DNA of 63,508 bases, the filler included, from Globobulimina sp. (lineage: Eukaryota): assembly GCA_003354225.1 (NCBI GenBank). It is 25 parts of 25 records of this genome, joined end to end, with 100 filler letters (N's around TTAATTAATTAA, not from the genome) between each part and the next. Parts side by side here need not be neighbours in the genome. Positions count along the whole stretch, not along the records: positions 45,814 to 48,256 come from PIVH01006664.1; positions 48,357 to 50,798 come from PIVH01006665.1; positions 50,899 to 53,340 come from PIVH01006666.1; positions 53,441 to 55,882 come from PIVH01006667.1; positions 55,983 to 58,424 come from PIVH01006668.1; positions 58,525 to 60,966 come from PIVH01006669.1; 19 more parts are not named here. One strand, 5' to 3'. Under the pieces are notes generated by a model. The model ran no database searches. It was not told the DNA's origin and saw only the letters and a program-made list of their open reading frames with translations. Made by a program: the position numbers and the translations under genes. Below are positions 46,900-59,450 of this stretch, in pieces. Position 1 is the first letter of the stretch; each line of letters begins with the position of its first letter.

Positions 46900-47055
46900 A
46901 TGAGAAAACATTTTAAATTTTAATTGTGGTTGACAAGTGTTTCTTGTTTTAATTTATTATTTTGTCAATCTCCATAATTAATAAAATAAACAATCCCTCT
47001 AACTCGGAGTTGGATCGCAGTGTTTTTTTTAAGAACCTGTTATATTATATAAACA

Positions 47056-47706
47056 ATGATGTTCATTTTTGTTTGCTTCGTCTGTGTGTCTGTCTTATTA
47101 CAAGTGTCAGTATCGTCTGATGATAATTGTACGTATCCATCATGGGAATCGCCAATTACGATGACAGGTAATTACGTAATAAAAGAAGATTTTGGTACAT
47201 TTAAATGGTGCTATGATGGAATTAATAACAGAATGAGTAAACATACTGCATCACAAAAGAATAATTCTCAATTAGGCAATGCATCATTGGTTTATTTAAA
47301 TTTGGATTATTATTTTATGTGCAACAATGGTCCCTGTCTTCACAATACCAGCACTGGCGATTGTTTTCATTACAAAATGCCACGGTTTCCATTCAGCTTG
47401 AATCAATTTGAAAATTTTACAAATGTGGGGCCAGAATATGTAAATAATCGACATGTTTATCACTGGGTTGGTACAAACAGCGGATATGGATATGGTACAT
47501 TTGCAATGGATCAGTATTTTGATTACAATAATCCATGTACAATACCCACGGGCAGCATATATATTGATCAACCAAATCCAAACAGTACCACCACAAAAAC
47601 AGAAGTATTCTGGGTCACAAATATTGAACAAGGAGTTTCTGAAAATTGTTTCAATTTACTGCCAAAGTGCACTAATACCACCTTTGCAAATACTGTACTC
47701 TTTTAA
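47056..47706 (+). CDS. Secreted Cys-containing protein, ependymin-related-like
   Basis: Signal peptide, C.YP..W, YDGINNR, VGPEYVN..VYHW, CTIP, FNLLPKC layout. Confidence 0.5.
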   Translation: MMFIFVCFVCVSVLLQVSVSSDDNCTYPSWESPITMTGNYVIKEDFGTFKWCYDGINNRMSKHTASQKNNSQLGNASLVYLNLDYYFMCNNGPCLHNTSTGDCFHYKMPRFPFSLNQFENFTNVGPEYVNNRHVYHWVGTNSGYGYGTFAMDQYFDYNNPCTIPTGSIYIDQPNPNSTTTKTEVFWVTNIEQGVSENCFNLLPKCTNTTFANTVLF

Positions 47707-48356
47707 TTTAATTCAATTTAAATTTAAAATTAGGTTAATTTTGTGCTTTCATTTAAATAAAAAACTGAGATCTGTGAAATCTGGTTTTCCTAACTTTTCC
47801 TTCTGCCATCGATCCTTATTTTCACTGTTATTAAAGCTGATTAAAAAATTAATTTTATTATGTCTCACACTCAAAAAAAAACTATACAAAATAATTTTAA
47901 GTTACATAGATACAGCACAATATATCTTGAAAAAAAGGAGACAAAATATAATTTGCTAAAAAATATAGTAATAGAATCTAATACACAAACACACAAAATG
48001 CTATCTATTGATATATAAGTGAGGTAAGTAGTAATTTCAGTTATTGTGGAGTTATATCACCATCCAATCCATCCCCTTCCTGATATATATAATCATATCC
48101 ATCCATAGTATTGCTACTGTTACTATCGTCACTGTCAATATCCCCGCATGGTGTACCCCCCTACACTGTATTCCCTTTGGTCCCATTTGCATGTTGTTCA
48201 AAACTAATATTATCATACATTCCATCATCATCGTCATCGTCATCCTCATCCTCATTNNNNNNNNNNNNNNNNNNNNNNNNNNNNNNNNNNNNNNNNNNNN
48301 TTAATTAATTAANNNNNNNNNNNNNNNNNNNNNNNNNNNNNNNNNNNNNNNNNNNN

Positions 48357-49620
48357 AAAGACCGGCGGCTTGTCGAATCTCTCCCGCTGCTCTACCATTA
48401 ACATTCCAGGCCACAGGACGTGTCGTATTAAACTGTCTTTGTCCACTCCACCCCAACGCCAATGACCATGCTTCATTTCCCAACCAATTACAAATGAAAT
48501 CTAACTCGCCCGCATATATTAAGCCTCTCACGCTCGTTTCAATGGGTTCTATTAATAATTGATCATAAGTCAACATCCAATCATCTTGCAAGCCGACGTT
48601 GTTGCATGTATTCCATTTCATATTCACACCAAGTTGTTTCTGCACCGTTTTATTATTTAACCACGTTGTCTCTGCACTAAAATCATAACATAAGCCTCCC
48701 ACCGCACATTTTATATTTAAATTGTACGGATTCACACCGGTCGCTTCAACGGGAGACACCTGACTGCTCATACAATAGGAATATGCCGTATTACACGCTG
48801 AGGAGCCACCGCCATTGTTACATCTCGCGATATCCTGCGTACATTGAGGAATGTGCGAGGTCATTGTATTAAATGTCGAGCTCGACACTGGAATGCCATG
48901 ATACGGCGAATGGATGGCTACACTCGAATTATATGCCATTTTAGCATACCAATTAAATTGAATATACGCATCAGTCAAACCATTGCCAATTCCAAACCCT
49001 TTCAATGGGATCGCAGTGCCCGCCCCGGCATTGTTTTGACGCCAGATATAATTCATTATGTTTGGTACATAGTGGCCACCGTAGGACTCGCCAATAACAT
49101 AAAAGCCATTGCGGAAATACTGAGGATATGCGGTGATAAAATTTTGTAAAAATGCCCACATATCTTGCGATATAATATTTTCATTGGTTGCTCGGGTGCC
49201 GGTTGAAAATCCAGTGCCTGGCGGTTGGTCCACCCACATAATGTTAGCTGCACTATTCCAAGAATATGGATTTAATTTTGTATCACGACCTGGTTTAACA
49301 ACGGTACATGGACCGTTTTCTGCCAATAGGGCTAATTGCGAAGAACAACCGGGGCCGCCGGTTAACCACATAATAAATGGATCAGTGGATGGCGCTTTTC
49401 TGGATTCAAAAAACCAATAAAAATAATTATTATTTGTACCGCCTGCTCTTAAATAACCACTGTATTGTTTAACGTTGGGATCGCATATTGTTGGTTCGTT
49501 CGCTTCTAAAATCGTATTAATTGTGACTCCCTCTGCATCTACGGATCGATGACGATATTCAGCATATTTACTTAATGTAACACCAATGAGTGCTGACAAG
49601 AGCAAGGAAAACGCACCCAT
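48357..49620 (-). CDS. Serine carboxypeptidase (S10), 3' truncated
   Basis: QYSGYL, FYWFFES, WLTGGPGCSS, ENGP, VDQPPGTGFS, GESYGGHY, IGNG, YAGELDFICN. Confidence 0.96.
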
Positions 49621-49965
49621 GGAAACTAAAGCTAGTTTTTCAAAATTTAGGTTTATATCACAATCAAAATCAAAGAATCATTTACTACAATAATAATTTA
49701 TACGCAATATGCAACATTCCGCTTTCGATAAATGTGAGTTTCACAAAAAGATAACCCCTGGAATATATCGTTAAGCTGATTTTCAGAAATCTTGAAGCAT
49801 GTTATCGCGTCTTATTTTACAGTTTATTTTGTTTGCCAAATGTTTGGTGCATGGCAACTGGCAAGATAACAAAATATAAAATGAATGAGTGATGTTTTTT
49901 TACAGTTCATTGGAATACATTTTGCAATTTGCACGAACTCATCTTCTACAAATATTCAGATGGTG

Positions 49966-50798
49966 TTATAAATTATCATTCCATTCTTGTTTTAATTTCT
50001 CTCTGTTTGGGCATATTATACATAGTAACAAACAAATCACACAAAAACCAATGGAACCACTAATAAGCGTATAATATGTAAATACAACTTCATATGTATT
50101 GGTAGTTTGAGATATATAGAAACAACATAAAATAAAGGTGAATATCCAATTAATAATACCGAAGATTAAAACAATTACCACAAAATAGCCCTGTTTCTTG
50201 TCTAATTTTCCGTTATTCTCAAATAACGCAGCTGCATAGAATGAATTATGGATTGTAGCTAACCAAAACATAAAAGTTATCCATGTGTCAAACCATATAG
50301 TACGAAAATATGAATTTTCCTCATAATACATAAAAGGTAACAAATAAAGACCGATGATCAATGAATTGCAGCAATTGGAGCATATGCCAATACATTGAGA
50401 TTTTGTCGAATCTATATGAATTATTGTATTGTATTCAATCTGTATGAATATTACAAACAGTACATACCATCATTTGTGTCATTGTAAGTTAAATAAATTT
50501 CAATTCCGATTTGTATGCAAAGCAATAGAATCATTGTTATGATGGCGGCTGAGATCCAATCACAAATGGACATGAACAACACAGTTTGGCTGATTTCTAA
50601 TAAAATTAAAAGTATTAAAGAAGCATATTTATTGATCATTGAACAAAATCCAAAGAATCCAGAAATACATCCAAATGCAAACATAATCCAAAACACATTG
50701 CGATCATCAAATTTATCAGATTGCAAATATAATGCCAACAAATCTTCGACTAACAGTGAAAGAATTGATAATATCCGCAATACGGTAATGTAAATTTG
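49966..50798 (-). CDS. Multi-pass membrane protein fragments (splice junction not resolved)
   Basis: Two hydrophobic ORFs separated by an intron-like gap; I found no phase-compatible GT-AG pair, so a frameshift is possible. Confidence 0.4.
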
Positions 50799-50898
50799 NN
50801 NNNNNNNNNNNNNNNNNNNNNNNNNNNNNNNNNNNNNNNNNNTTAATTAATTAANNNNNNNNNNNNNNNNNNNNNNNNNNNNNNNNNNNNNNNNNNNN

Positions 50899-53340
50899 CT
50901 CCGACTTCTCCGCCGTCGCAACCGCCAACTTCCCCGCCATCACAACCCCCAACTTCGCCACCTTCGCAACCTCCATCACAGCCTCCAACCGAACCTCCAT
51001 CACAGCCACCATCACGGCCTCCAACTTCTCCGCCATCTCAACCTCCGACGTCTCCGCCAAGTGCACGGCCATTTAAACCAAAAGGATGTATGGTGAATTG
51101 GTATATTGATTTAATATTATCTGTGGATATAAGTTGTGCTATGACACGCGATGAATGTGTACAGCAACAGTTATTGGTGGCGGATACGTTCATAAGTTTA
51201 CGAACCAATACAACTCGCGTCATTAATGGCGTGGAGTGGGTACAGACGCGGGTATCATACATCGAGATGGGTAGTGACAGTGTGGTGGATATTTTAATTG
51301 ATTTCCCCAATGCGCTTAATGAGGTTGATCGCAGTTTGATGAGTATTGCGCAACAAAATGAAGCGTATTATGATTATATTGTGTCGCGAGGTGATGTGAT
51401 TTGTGCAGCTGCTGCCTTATCGGCACGCGTTGGGAATCCATCATTGCGTAAAATTGCCAAAAATATCGAAAGTTTATTCGATTGGAGCGATAACCTGAAT
51501 GATAAAGAAGTGGCTGTATTTAGTAATTGCGGCGTAGCCGATCGTGCGTATACATGTGAGGCGTATTTAGATTCACGGAAAGCTATCATCCATAATAACC
51601 CCGGGGATGGCATCAATGTGCAAATGGCGAATTACGTACCACAAGGTTAAAAAACATGTGTTTCGAAAAAGATTTTTTCAAATTATCCATATATTTTCGA
51701 ACACACAGTTCCAAACATTTAATGACATCAATATACAAACAACAAACTGCACACAGGCGACACCAGCGACAGTATGGGTGACCCCGCCACATATATGGCG
51801 TGTATGGTGGAATACGATACAAGCGGACGAATATTTGTGTACAATGGGACGAACGATATGCAAGTAGTCGGCGGATTGCGTGATTCTATCTGCCAACGAC
51901 AGCCAACCCCCGCACCCACAAGCGACCCTACCATGGACCCAACCCGTGATCCCACCACAGAACCGCCCACTCCTTCGCCACTGTTCTGTGCCTGCGGACA
52001 GGGCGAAAATATGGATTTAATATTCTTGATCAACACTGCCTGCATCACCACCGGCGTTGAATGCGAGAACGTAATGGAAGGCATTGCCGAGTTATGGAGT
52101 TTGGTCAAAGGGTTTGTGGCCACGCCACGTATCGGAGTTATCACGTTCGATGGCCTCGGCTCCGAAATCGTAACGTTTCTAAATGATTCGGTCTACAATG
52201 ATATCACTATCCGGGACACGTTCGATGAGGACGCACGCAAAGCATTTTACGATGGCATCCGTGCCATTGCCTGTGATGGAAATGGCGGCGATATAACCGA
52301 CGCGCGCACGGATACATTATCAGCGATACGGGCTGCATTTGAGATGTTTAGCTATGCAGAACAAGTATATTTGCCCTCGATATCAGCCACCCGTCCCCGC
52401 ACTGGTCGCGATAAGAAAATTGTGCTAATATCGGCGTGTGCCAATACCAACGGCAATGTGCAAAGTGTATGCGATGCGTACGGGAGCACTGCGCAGCGGA
52501 TCATCCCCATTGTGGATGGCAGTGAGCGTGAGGTGGAGTTCATAGTCGTTAATTTATTAACGCAGCGTGCCACTGTGTTCGATGACACATATTATTCGCC
52601 GGCGTGTGATATTACAGATGGAGATTATAACCGTGGCTACACTTTGGGCACAGCAGAGACGGTATTGGAGGAACATGAATTCACGGATGAGATACGTGCG
52701 ATTAAGACGGAAATATGCCAGGAACCTACACCGGCACCGGTATCGACACCGTCACCAGTCGGTGGTGTCTGCGGCAACGACCAATATATTGATTTGATTA
52801 TATCTGTGGATATCTCTTGTCCTATGACACGCGATGAATGTGTACAGCAGCAGTTATTAGTGGCAGATACCTTTGCCAATTTACGTGTGAATAGCACGCG
52901 GCTGATCAATGGCGTGGAGTGGGTACAGACGCGGGTGTCGTATATCGAGATGGGCAGTGACAGTGTGGTGGATATTTTAATTGATTTCCCCAATGCGCGT
53001 AATGAGGTTGATCGGAGTGTGATGAGTATTGAGCAGCAGAATGAAGCGTATTATGATTATATTGTGTCGCGAGGTGATGTGATTTGTGCAGCTGATGCGT
53101 TGGCAGCACGCGTTGGGAATCCCTCCTTGCGTAAAATCGCCAAATATATCGAAATTTTATTCGATTGGAGCGATAACCTGAATGATAAAGAAGTGGCTGT
53201 ATGTAGTAATTGTGGCGTAGCCAATCGTACGGATACATGTAAGGCGTATTTAGATTCACGGAAAGCGATAATCCATAATAACCCCGGGGATGGCATTAAT
53301 ACACAAATGGCGAATTATGTACCATTGGCACCCAATACAT
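50899..53340 (+). CDS. Large extracellular protein with vWA-like repeats and PT/PS-rich linkers, both ends truncated; intron 51646-51756
   Basis: PPTSPPSQ and PTSDPTMDPTRDPTTE linkers; vWA-like DLIFLINTAC..RIGVITF..TDTLSAI..KKIVLIS; two DL..SVDISC domains. Confidence 0.78.
51102..53324 (+). repeat. 540-bp intragenic duplication (51102-51641 and 52785-53324)
   Basis: Colinear copies of equal length, highly similar, with many synonymous differences. Confidence 0.92.
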
Positions 53341-53488
53341 NNNNNNNNNNNNNNNNNNNNNNNNNNNNNNNNNNNNNNNNNNNNTTAATTAATTAANNNN
53401 NNNNNNNNNNNNNNNNNNNNNNNNNNNNNNNNNNNNNNNNGGAATATTATTTTTTATTATCATGTCTTTTTTTGGGAAAAATATTGTA

Positions 53489-53635
53489 CCCATATTCAGT
53501 TGGTATCTTGACTGTGTAACGTGTTTCCAAAAACAAAGTTTTTCACGTCTCGGGGCGCCAAGGGCGCGCCCCCTCGACGTGAAAAACTTTGTTTTTGGAA
53601 ACACGTTACCCAGTCTCGATATTACTGAATATGGT
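53489..53635. mobile_element. 147-bp palindromic MITE-like element flanked by TA
   Basis: About 60-bp arms with a perfect 34-bp core gtaacgtgtttccaaaaacaaagtttttcacgtc; GC-rich inner hairpin ggggcgc/gcgcccc; TA at 53487-53488 and 53636-53637. Confidence 0.78.
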
Positions 53636-53801
53636 TAAAATACTATTGTAAACCCGAGTTTTTTTTTGATTATCAATATGAATTCGTGTATATTCTGTAT
53701 CCATGGAACCTCTGATACCGTTACCACAGAGTTTGGCAAAAAGTACAACAGGTTCTTTAATCATTCACTTTTTGTGTCACTACAAGCTCTAACACAAAAG
53801 C

Positions 53802-55590
53802 ATGGCCTCTAAACATGCCGTGGACTTACAAGGAGTCAAACCAGCAAGTTTATCATTTTCCGATGTTGTATCACGAGTGTCGTCCAGCATTGTAAACATC
53901 GAAACAAAAGTAACAGTGGAAACAAATCCGGCTGAGATATTTGGGCCATTTATGTTTCAAGAACCACGAAGAGTACAACGCAAAGCATTGGGTTCTGGTG
54001 TTATTCTTACAAAACGTGGTTATATTGTTACAAACGATCATGTTGTTGAAAAAGCTGATAAAATCAAGGTATACCTATAACATACATAAATTTCTGAAAA
54101 ATTCTCTATATTTAATGCAGATTATCACTGCTGATGAAAAACAATATGACGGCGATGTTGTTCTTCGTGATGGCTTGCATGATTTGGCCATCATTCGTAT
54201 ATTAACGGGTGAGGAGGACGACGATGACGATGACTACGATGATGAGGACGATGATGACGAGGACGAGGAAGATGAGGATGTTGACGAAGAAGAAAGACAG
54301 AGAAAAAAAAATAAAAATGCAGACGCTAAAAATAAGCAAATATTACTGGATGATGAGAATTATTCAGGTATAATATTTCCAAATATCAAGATGGGACTAG
54401 CTGAGTTGGTCTCTGTTGGTGATTTAGTATTGGCCATAGGGAATAATTTAGGCTTTCATGGCACAGTGACAGATGGCATAATATCTGCCATTGGTCGAAC
54501 CGATGATGCTCGATTACCCATCGCCTATCCACAATTTCCATTATTTCAAACCAATGCGTCTATAAATCCCGGCTCATCCGGTGGCGCCTTGGTGAATATG
54601 CGTGGTGAATTAATTGGTGTCAATGAATCCATTGCGACCTCGACCGGCGGCAATGTTGGTTTAGGCTTTGCTGTTCCCGTTAACTTTATTCGTCCGTTAT
54701 TGCGCGCCGCATTGAAAAGGTCAATGGACATTGAACGCGTATGGGACGGTATCAGTGCCATTTCGTGTGCCTTATCCTATAATAATAATAATTTGGTCAA
54801 CAAAAAGCAAGATTTAGATAATAATATGAGATTTGGTCGTGTGTATCCTCGTGGTATTGAGGTAAGATCAATACATAAAAAATCCCCTGCCTACAGGGCT
54901 GGCATTAAAAAAGGCGATATTCTGTTAAGTGTGGATAATGTACAAATTGATGATGTCAACATTTATTATTTATTAATTGCCGGTGTTGATCCAAATAAGA
55001 AATTAAAATACCGCATAATACGGGAAGTTGATGGTGTCCATCATAGGAAACAACGAAAACGGAAACAAATATTAAAGAAAAGAGCGACTATACGAAGCAG
55101 AAAAGGGAAAACTAAGAATGATGACAATAATGAGAATGATAATATGTATGCTAACCGGGATAGGTATGATATTTCATGGATAGATTTTAATAAATATGAA
55201 GATATTTTGATTGTGGTGGAACCAGAATTGATTCCACCACCAAAGAAAAAACCATTTGAAATAAAAGATCGAATGAATCCATTTTACGGAGCGGAAATTG
55301 TGGAATTATGCCCCGCAATAAATAGTGATTTTGGTTTAGATTTTGCAGAACAAGGCGTAGCAATTTGGGATATTGAAATTGGTTCACAATCATTTAAATT
55401 AGGATTTAGAATCGGTGATATAATCATATCCATTGATAATCAAAGGTGTAGAAGTTTGAAAGATGTCGAAAAAATTGGTGATAAAATGCAATTAAGGAAA
55501 AATTGTAGAATTAAATTTAAACGAAACGGTAAAATAAATCATGTTGATGTATACTTAAGAACAAGAAAGAGATACTATTCAAGACTTTAA
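53802..55590 (+). CDS. HtrA/DegQ-like serine protease with two PDZ domains, acidic insert and C-terminal SRL; intron 54069-54120
   Basis: LGSGVI..YIVTNDHVV (His), DLAIIRI (Asp), QTNASINPGSSGGALVN (Ser); PDZ SPAYRAGIKKGD and LGFRIGDII. Confidence 0.92.
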
Positions 55591-56369
55591 TATGTAATAT
55601 GTAACATGTATTATTTATATTTGCATGACATGGTTCTTGTTGATTTTACGGTATGCTTCCTCTTTCACAGTCACATGATTCGATAATTGAACCAAGTTTA
55701 ATATTTTCTTTAATTGTAACATTTTAGTATTAAATTCTCGTTTAGTTAACTTATTATCTCTCCATTTCTTTTCTGCATTGACAGCATTTGTTATATTGTG
55801 TGGTGGTTCCAATTGACTCAATTGAGAGACTGATGTGGATACAGATATCGATGATGTCTCAGCCTTCTCATATTTTATAATANNNNNNNNNNNNNNNNNN
55901 NNNNNNNNNNNNNNNNNNNNNNNNNNTTAATTAATTAANNNNNNNNNNNNNNNNNNNNNNNNNNNNNNNNNNNNNNNNNNNNATTTAAACAACAAATGGA
56001 TAGATATGATGCCATTACTTGATGTGTTTCTATTTATGTCATAGATTGATATGTTTGTTGAATTAACTTTTTTTTGAATTAATGACATATTTGTTTCCTG
56101 TTTGTTTTTTGTTGATGGTATTTATTATTATTAATTAATTCGAGTTTAATTTATTATTCAGTTTTTCTTTCTGTGTTTTTTCATGTTTTTGTGTTTTTTT
56201 TGTGACATTCGTGTGGTGTGGTCATTCAATTTAAATTGCTCTTTTTATTTAAGTCTGGGTTTAAACTTTATAAATCTCAACAGATACTTAAAAGTGACAG
56301 TTTCGGATCGTTTCCAATTGTGAAGTAAGAGAAAATTTAGATCAATATAATCAAAAGTAGCACCTAATA

Positions 56370-58206
56370 ATGGCGTATCCAGGACAAAAATGGAACCAAC
56401 AGCAACAGCAACCACCACCGCAACAAATACAACAGCAGATATCACAAAATGCCCAACAAATTGCAGCTAATATGCAACAACAACCTCAAGTTCGATATGT
56501 ACAACAACCACCACCGCCACAACAGCAATATGGACAACCGCAAGTACAATATGTTCAACAAGGACAACCGCAACAACCCGTTCAATACGTACAACAGGGA
56601 CAAGGACAACAACCGCAACAGGTTCGGTATGTACAACAACCACCACCCCAGCAAGTACAATATGGACAACCTCCACCGCAACAAGTACAGTATGCGCAAC
56701 AACCTCAACAACCACAATATGCGCAACAGCCACAATATGGACAGCCTCAACCAGTTCAATATCGACAGGTCTGCCATACATATATTCGACTTTCGTTTGA
56801 AGTTTGAACCAAATCCCTACGCAAAATCGCAAAAAATGCCTTGTAATTTTCCTACTCAGCCTCAACAAGTTCAATACGTGCAACAAGGACAACAGCCCCA
56901 AGTCCAATATGCGCACTCAGCCCCAAGCGCTCCAGCACAAGGCGGTGCTTATGCCCCGCAACAAGTGGTACGAAAAGCCGGTCCTCCCTCTTATGCCTCC
57001 CATCAACAACCACAAAAGAAAAATATCTATGAACAAGCTGACGAGAAATTAAATAAAAACAAAAATAACAACAATTACAAGGGTGGTGGTGGCGGTGGAG
57101 GTGACACTTGGGAACAACCTAAACGCGGTGCCAAAGGTACCTGTCATGTTCATCCCAACTTCAATGACCAAGAAGCCATAAATGCTTCCAAAGTTAAGTG
57201 TTTTGCATATATATCCTTGCACAGTTATATATAAATAATATATGACAAGGAACTACGTAAAGCAATGAAAGGAATGGGCTGTGATAAGAAGAAAGTGGCG
57301 GAAGTGACCGGTAGATACAATGCAGCCCAACGCGCCGTGATTCGTAATGCCTTTCGTACCATCGATCAGGTGATGTTTGGCAAAGGAAAGGAGCGCAATT
57401 TATTACGTGACTTGAAATCCGAATTAGGTGGATCTTACGAGAAATTAGCAGTTGCGTGTTATGAGGACTTAGCTGAGTTTGACGCGAGGCTGTGTTTGAA
57501 CGCCATGGCTGGCATGGGGTTCAATTCTGCGTTGTTGATTGAGGTGGTCTGTACGCGGACGAATGCGCAAATTAGTGCGATGAAGTCGGCCTGGACCACG
57601 TCGCTGAGGAAGCAAAAGTCGCTGATTGACTGTGTGAGGGACGAAACGAAGAAGTTAATGTCCAGCAATCATTTCCAACAGTTGATGTTGACCATATTGG
57701 AAGGCAACAGACCCCGCAATCAAACAGTCAATGATCAACAGGTTGAGACAGATGCGGAAACATTGAATAGATTTATAAAACAAGAGAAAAAATCAAATTC
57801 GAAAAGCAAGTTTATAGAGATTTATACGAATAGATCGTGGGCTCACATTGGCGCATTGTCTGAGAAATTTAGTGATGTTTCGAAGAAATATACTTTGGAG
57901 GCAGCGATAAAGAAAACATTTAGTGATGGCAGTGATACCTCGCAGGCGTTACGAGTAATGACTAAATTCTGTGCGTCGCCGTATGATTATTGGGCGGAGA
58001 AATTGAGGAAATCGATGAAAGGGGCGGGTACGAAGGATAATGATCTCATTCGCATCATTGTGACGCGCTGTGAAATTGATATGTTGCAAGTTAAGAATAT
58101 ATTTGGGCAGAGATATGGTAATGGCAAAACACTTAAGAATTGGATTGAAGATGATGTGTCTGGCTCATATTGCAGGTTATTGGTTAAATTATGTGGCTAT
58201 GATTAA
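56370..58206 (+). CDS. Annexin with long Q/P/Y/G-rich N-terminus; introns 56769-56859, 57193-57249
   Basis: Four annexin repeats: LRKAMKGMGCD..DLKSELGG, AMAGMG..LIEVVCTR, DAETL..RSWAHI, LRKSMKGAGTKD..LIRIIVTRCEID..DVSGSY. Confidence 0.93.
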
Positions 58207-58705
58207 CAAAAAACTTAATTCTATTTTTTACCCTTTCTTTTTTTATCCTTTTCTTTTTTTACCATTATTTTGGTGTCGTTAATGGGTTTGAATTTTTGTG
58301 TCACCCTTTTGGTTTTTCGTCTTTTTTTTTTGTTGTTTTTTCCTTTCCACAATTTGTATATTTGTATACTCTAAAAAAAGTGTTTAGGTCGAGCTCGTGT
58401 AATTTGTATATTCTAAAATTAGTTNNNNNNNNNNNNNNNNNNNNNNNNNNNNNNNNNNNNNNNNNNNNTTAATTAATTAANNNNNNNNNNNNNNNNNNNN
58501 NNNNNNNNNNNNNNNNNNNNNNNNCACAGTGTTATTTTTTATTTAAATTAATTTTAGTATTCCTTATTTTTCCCTATTAGTATTACATTGCAATTGCAAT
58601 AAGCATTTGGAATATATTTGCGATTTAAATAAATTATTTTATCATAATCACTTCGTAGTTCATATAGATCGTTCAGGTAAAAATAAGCACTAAAATGTTT
58701 TTTGG

Positions 58706-59374
58706 TTATTTTGACCAAATATGACCATCACATCGGTGACAGTCAATATCACCGAATGTTTGAATCACATCTTTTTTCAATGCATTTAATCTTTGACTTG
58801 TTTTTGTATCATTGATATAAGCTGCAACATTTATAAAATACTGAATTGAACAAAGTAACTTTGGATGTCTTGCTGGATGAACATACTTCGAATGTATCGG
58901 ATCATAAATACTTGCATTTTCACATTGTATTAAAGTCTCAATACTGTTTACGTATCGATCAATAAAATTCTTTGTTAAAATCAAATCAACGATATCGCCT
59001 TCAGCCAATGAGTATTTTCTTGCTGTCCATGAATCCTTTTTAGTGGCTTTCCATGGAAGCATATACCAATCGTAATGTTGATATACAAAGTATGACCATC
59101 GTTTCTTATCCTTTTCAGATTCAAATGTATAGTCACTCGGATTTGATTTGCTATTTCTTGCATTTATCACATTTTCTAAATTGATTCTATTTCTATTCCA
59201 TGTGCCAATCGTTTCTAAATTTTCCAATTGTGACATTTTTTCAGCTTCCAAGTCCCCAATATTCCCAAAAGCAGCAATATTTGCGTGCACTAATATTGGT
59301 TGCTGATTGTAAAAGTAGTATGCAATCATGCTGGCTGGAATTGATAACAAACAAATACTCGAAAGGCTAGTCAT
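58706..59374 (-). CDS. Hypothetical protein with OGFr/DUF1810-like HYDW motif and hydrophobic N-terminus
   Basis: 222-aa ORF; QHYDWYMLP..KYSL resembles the H(Y/W)xWxxFP motif of that superfamily. Confidence 0.45.
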   Translation of the reverse strand: MTSLSSICLLSIPASMIAYYFYNQQPILVHANIAAFGNIGDLEAEKMSQLENLETIGTWNRNRINLENVINARNSKSNPSDYTFESEKDKKRWSYFVYQHYDWYMLPWKATKKDSWTARKYSLAEGDIVDLILTKNFIDRYVNSIETLIQCENASIYDPIHSKYVHPARHPKLLCSIQYFINVAAYINDTKTSQRLNALKKDVIQTFGDIDCHRCDGHIWSK

Positions 59375-59450
59375 CTCTTAAAGTAGCTGCAATATCACAG
59401 TTACATCCGAAAACATTGCACGCACCGTACAATTCTCATTTTATCAAATA

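Noticed and set aside
56442-56916. Antisense and alternate-frame ORFs over low-complexity regions (also 30941-31291, 27562-27903, 61321-61805)
   Set aside because: These are shadows of Q/P-rich or K-rich coding repeats on the real strand.
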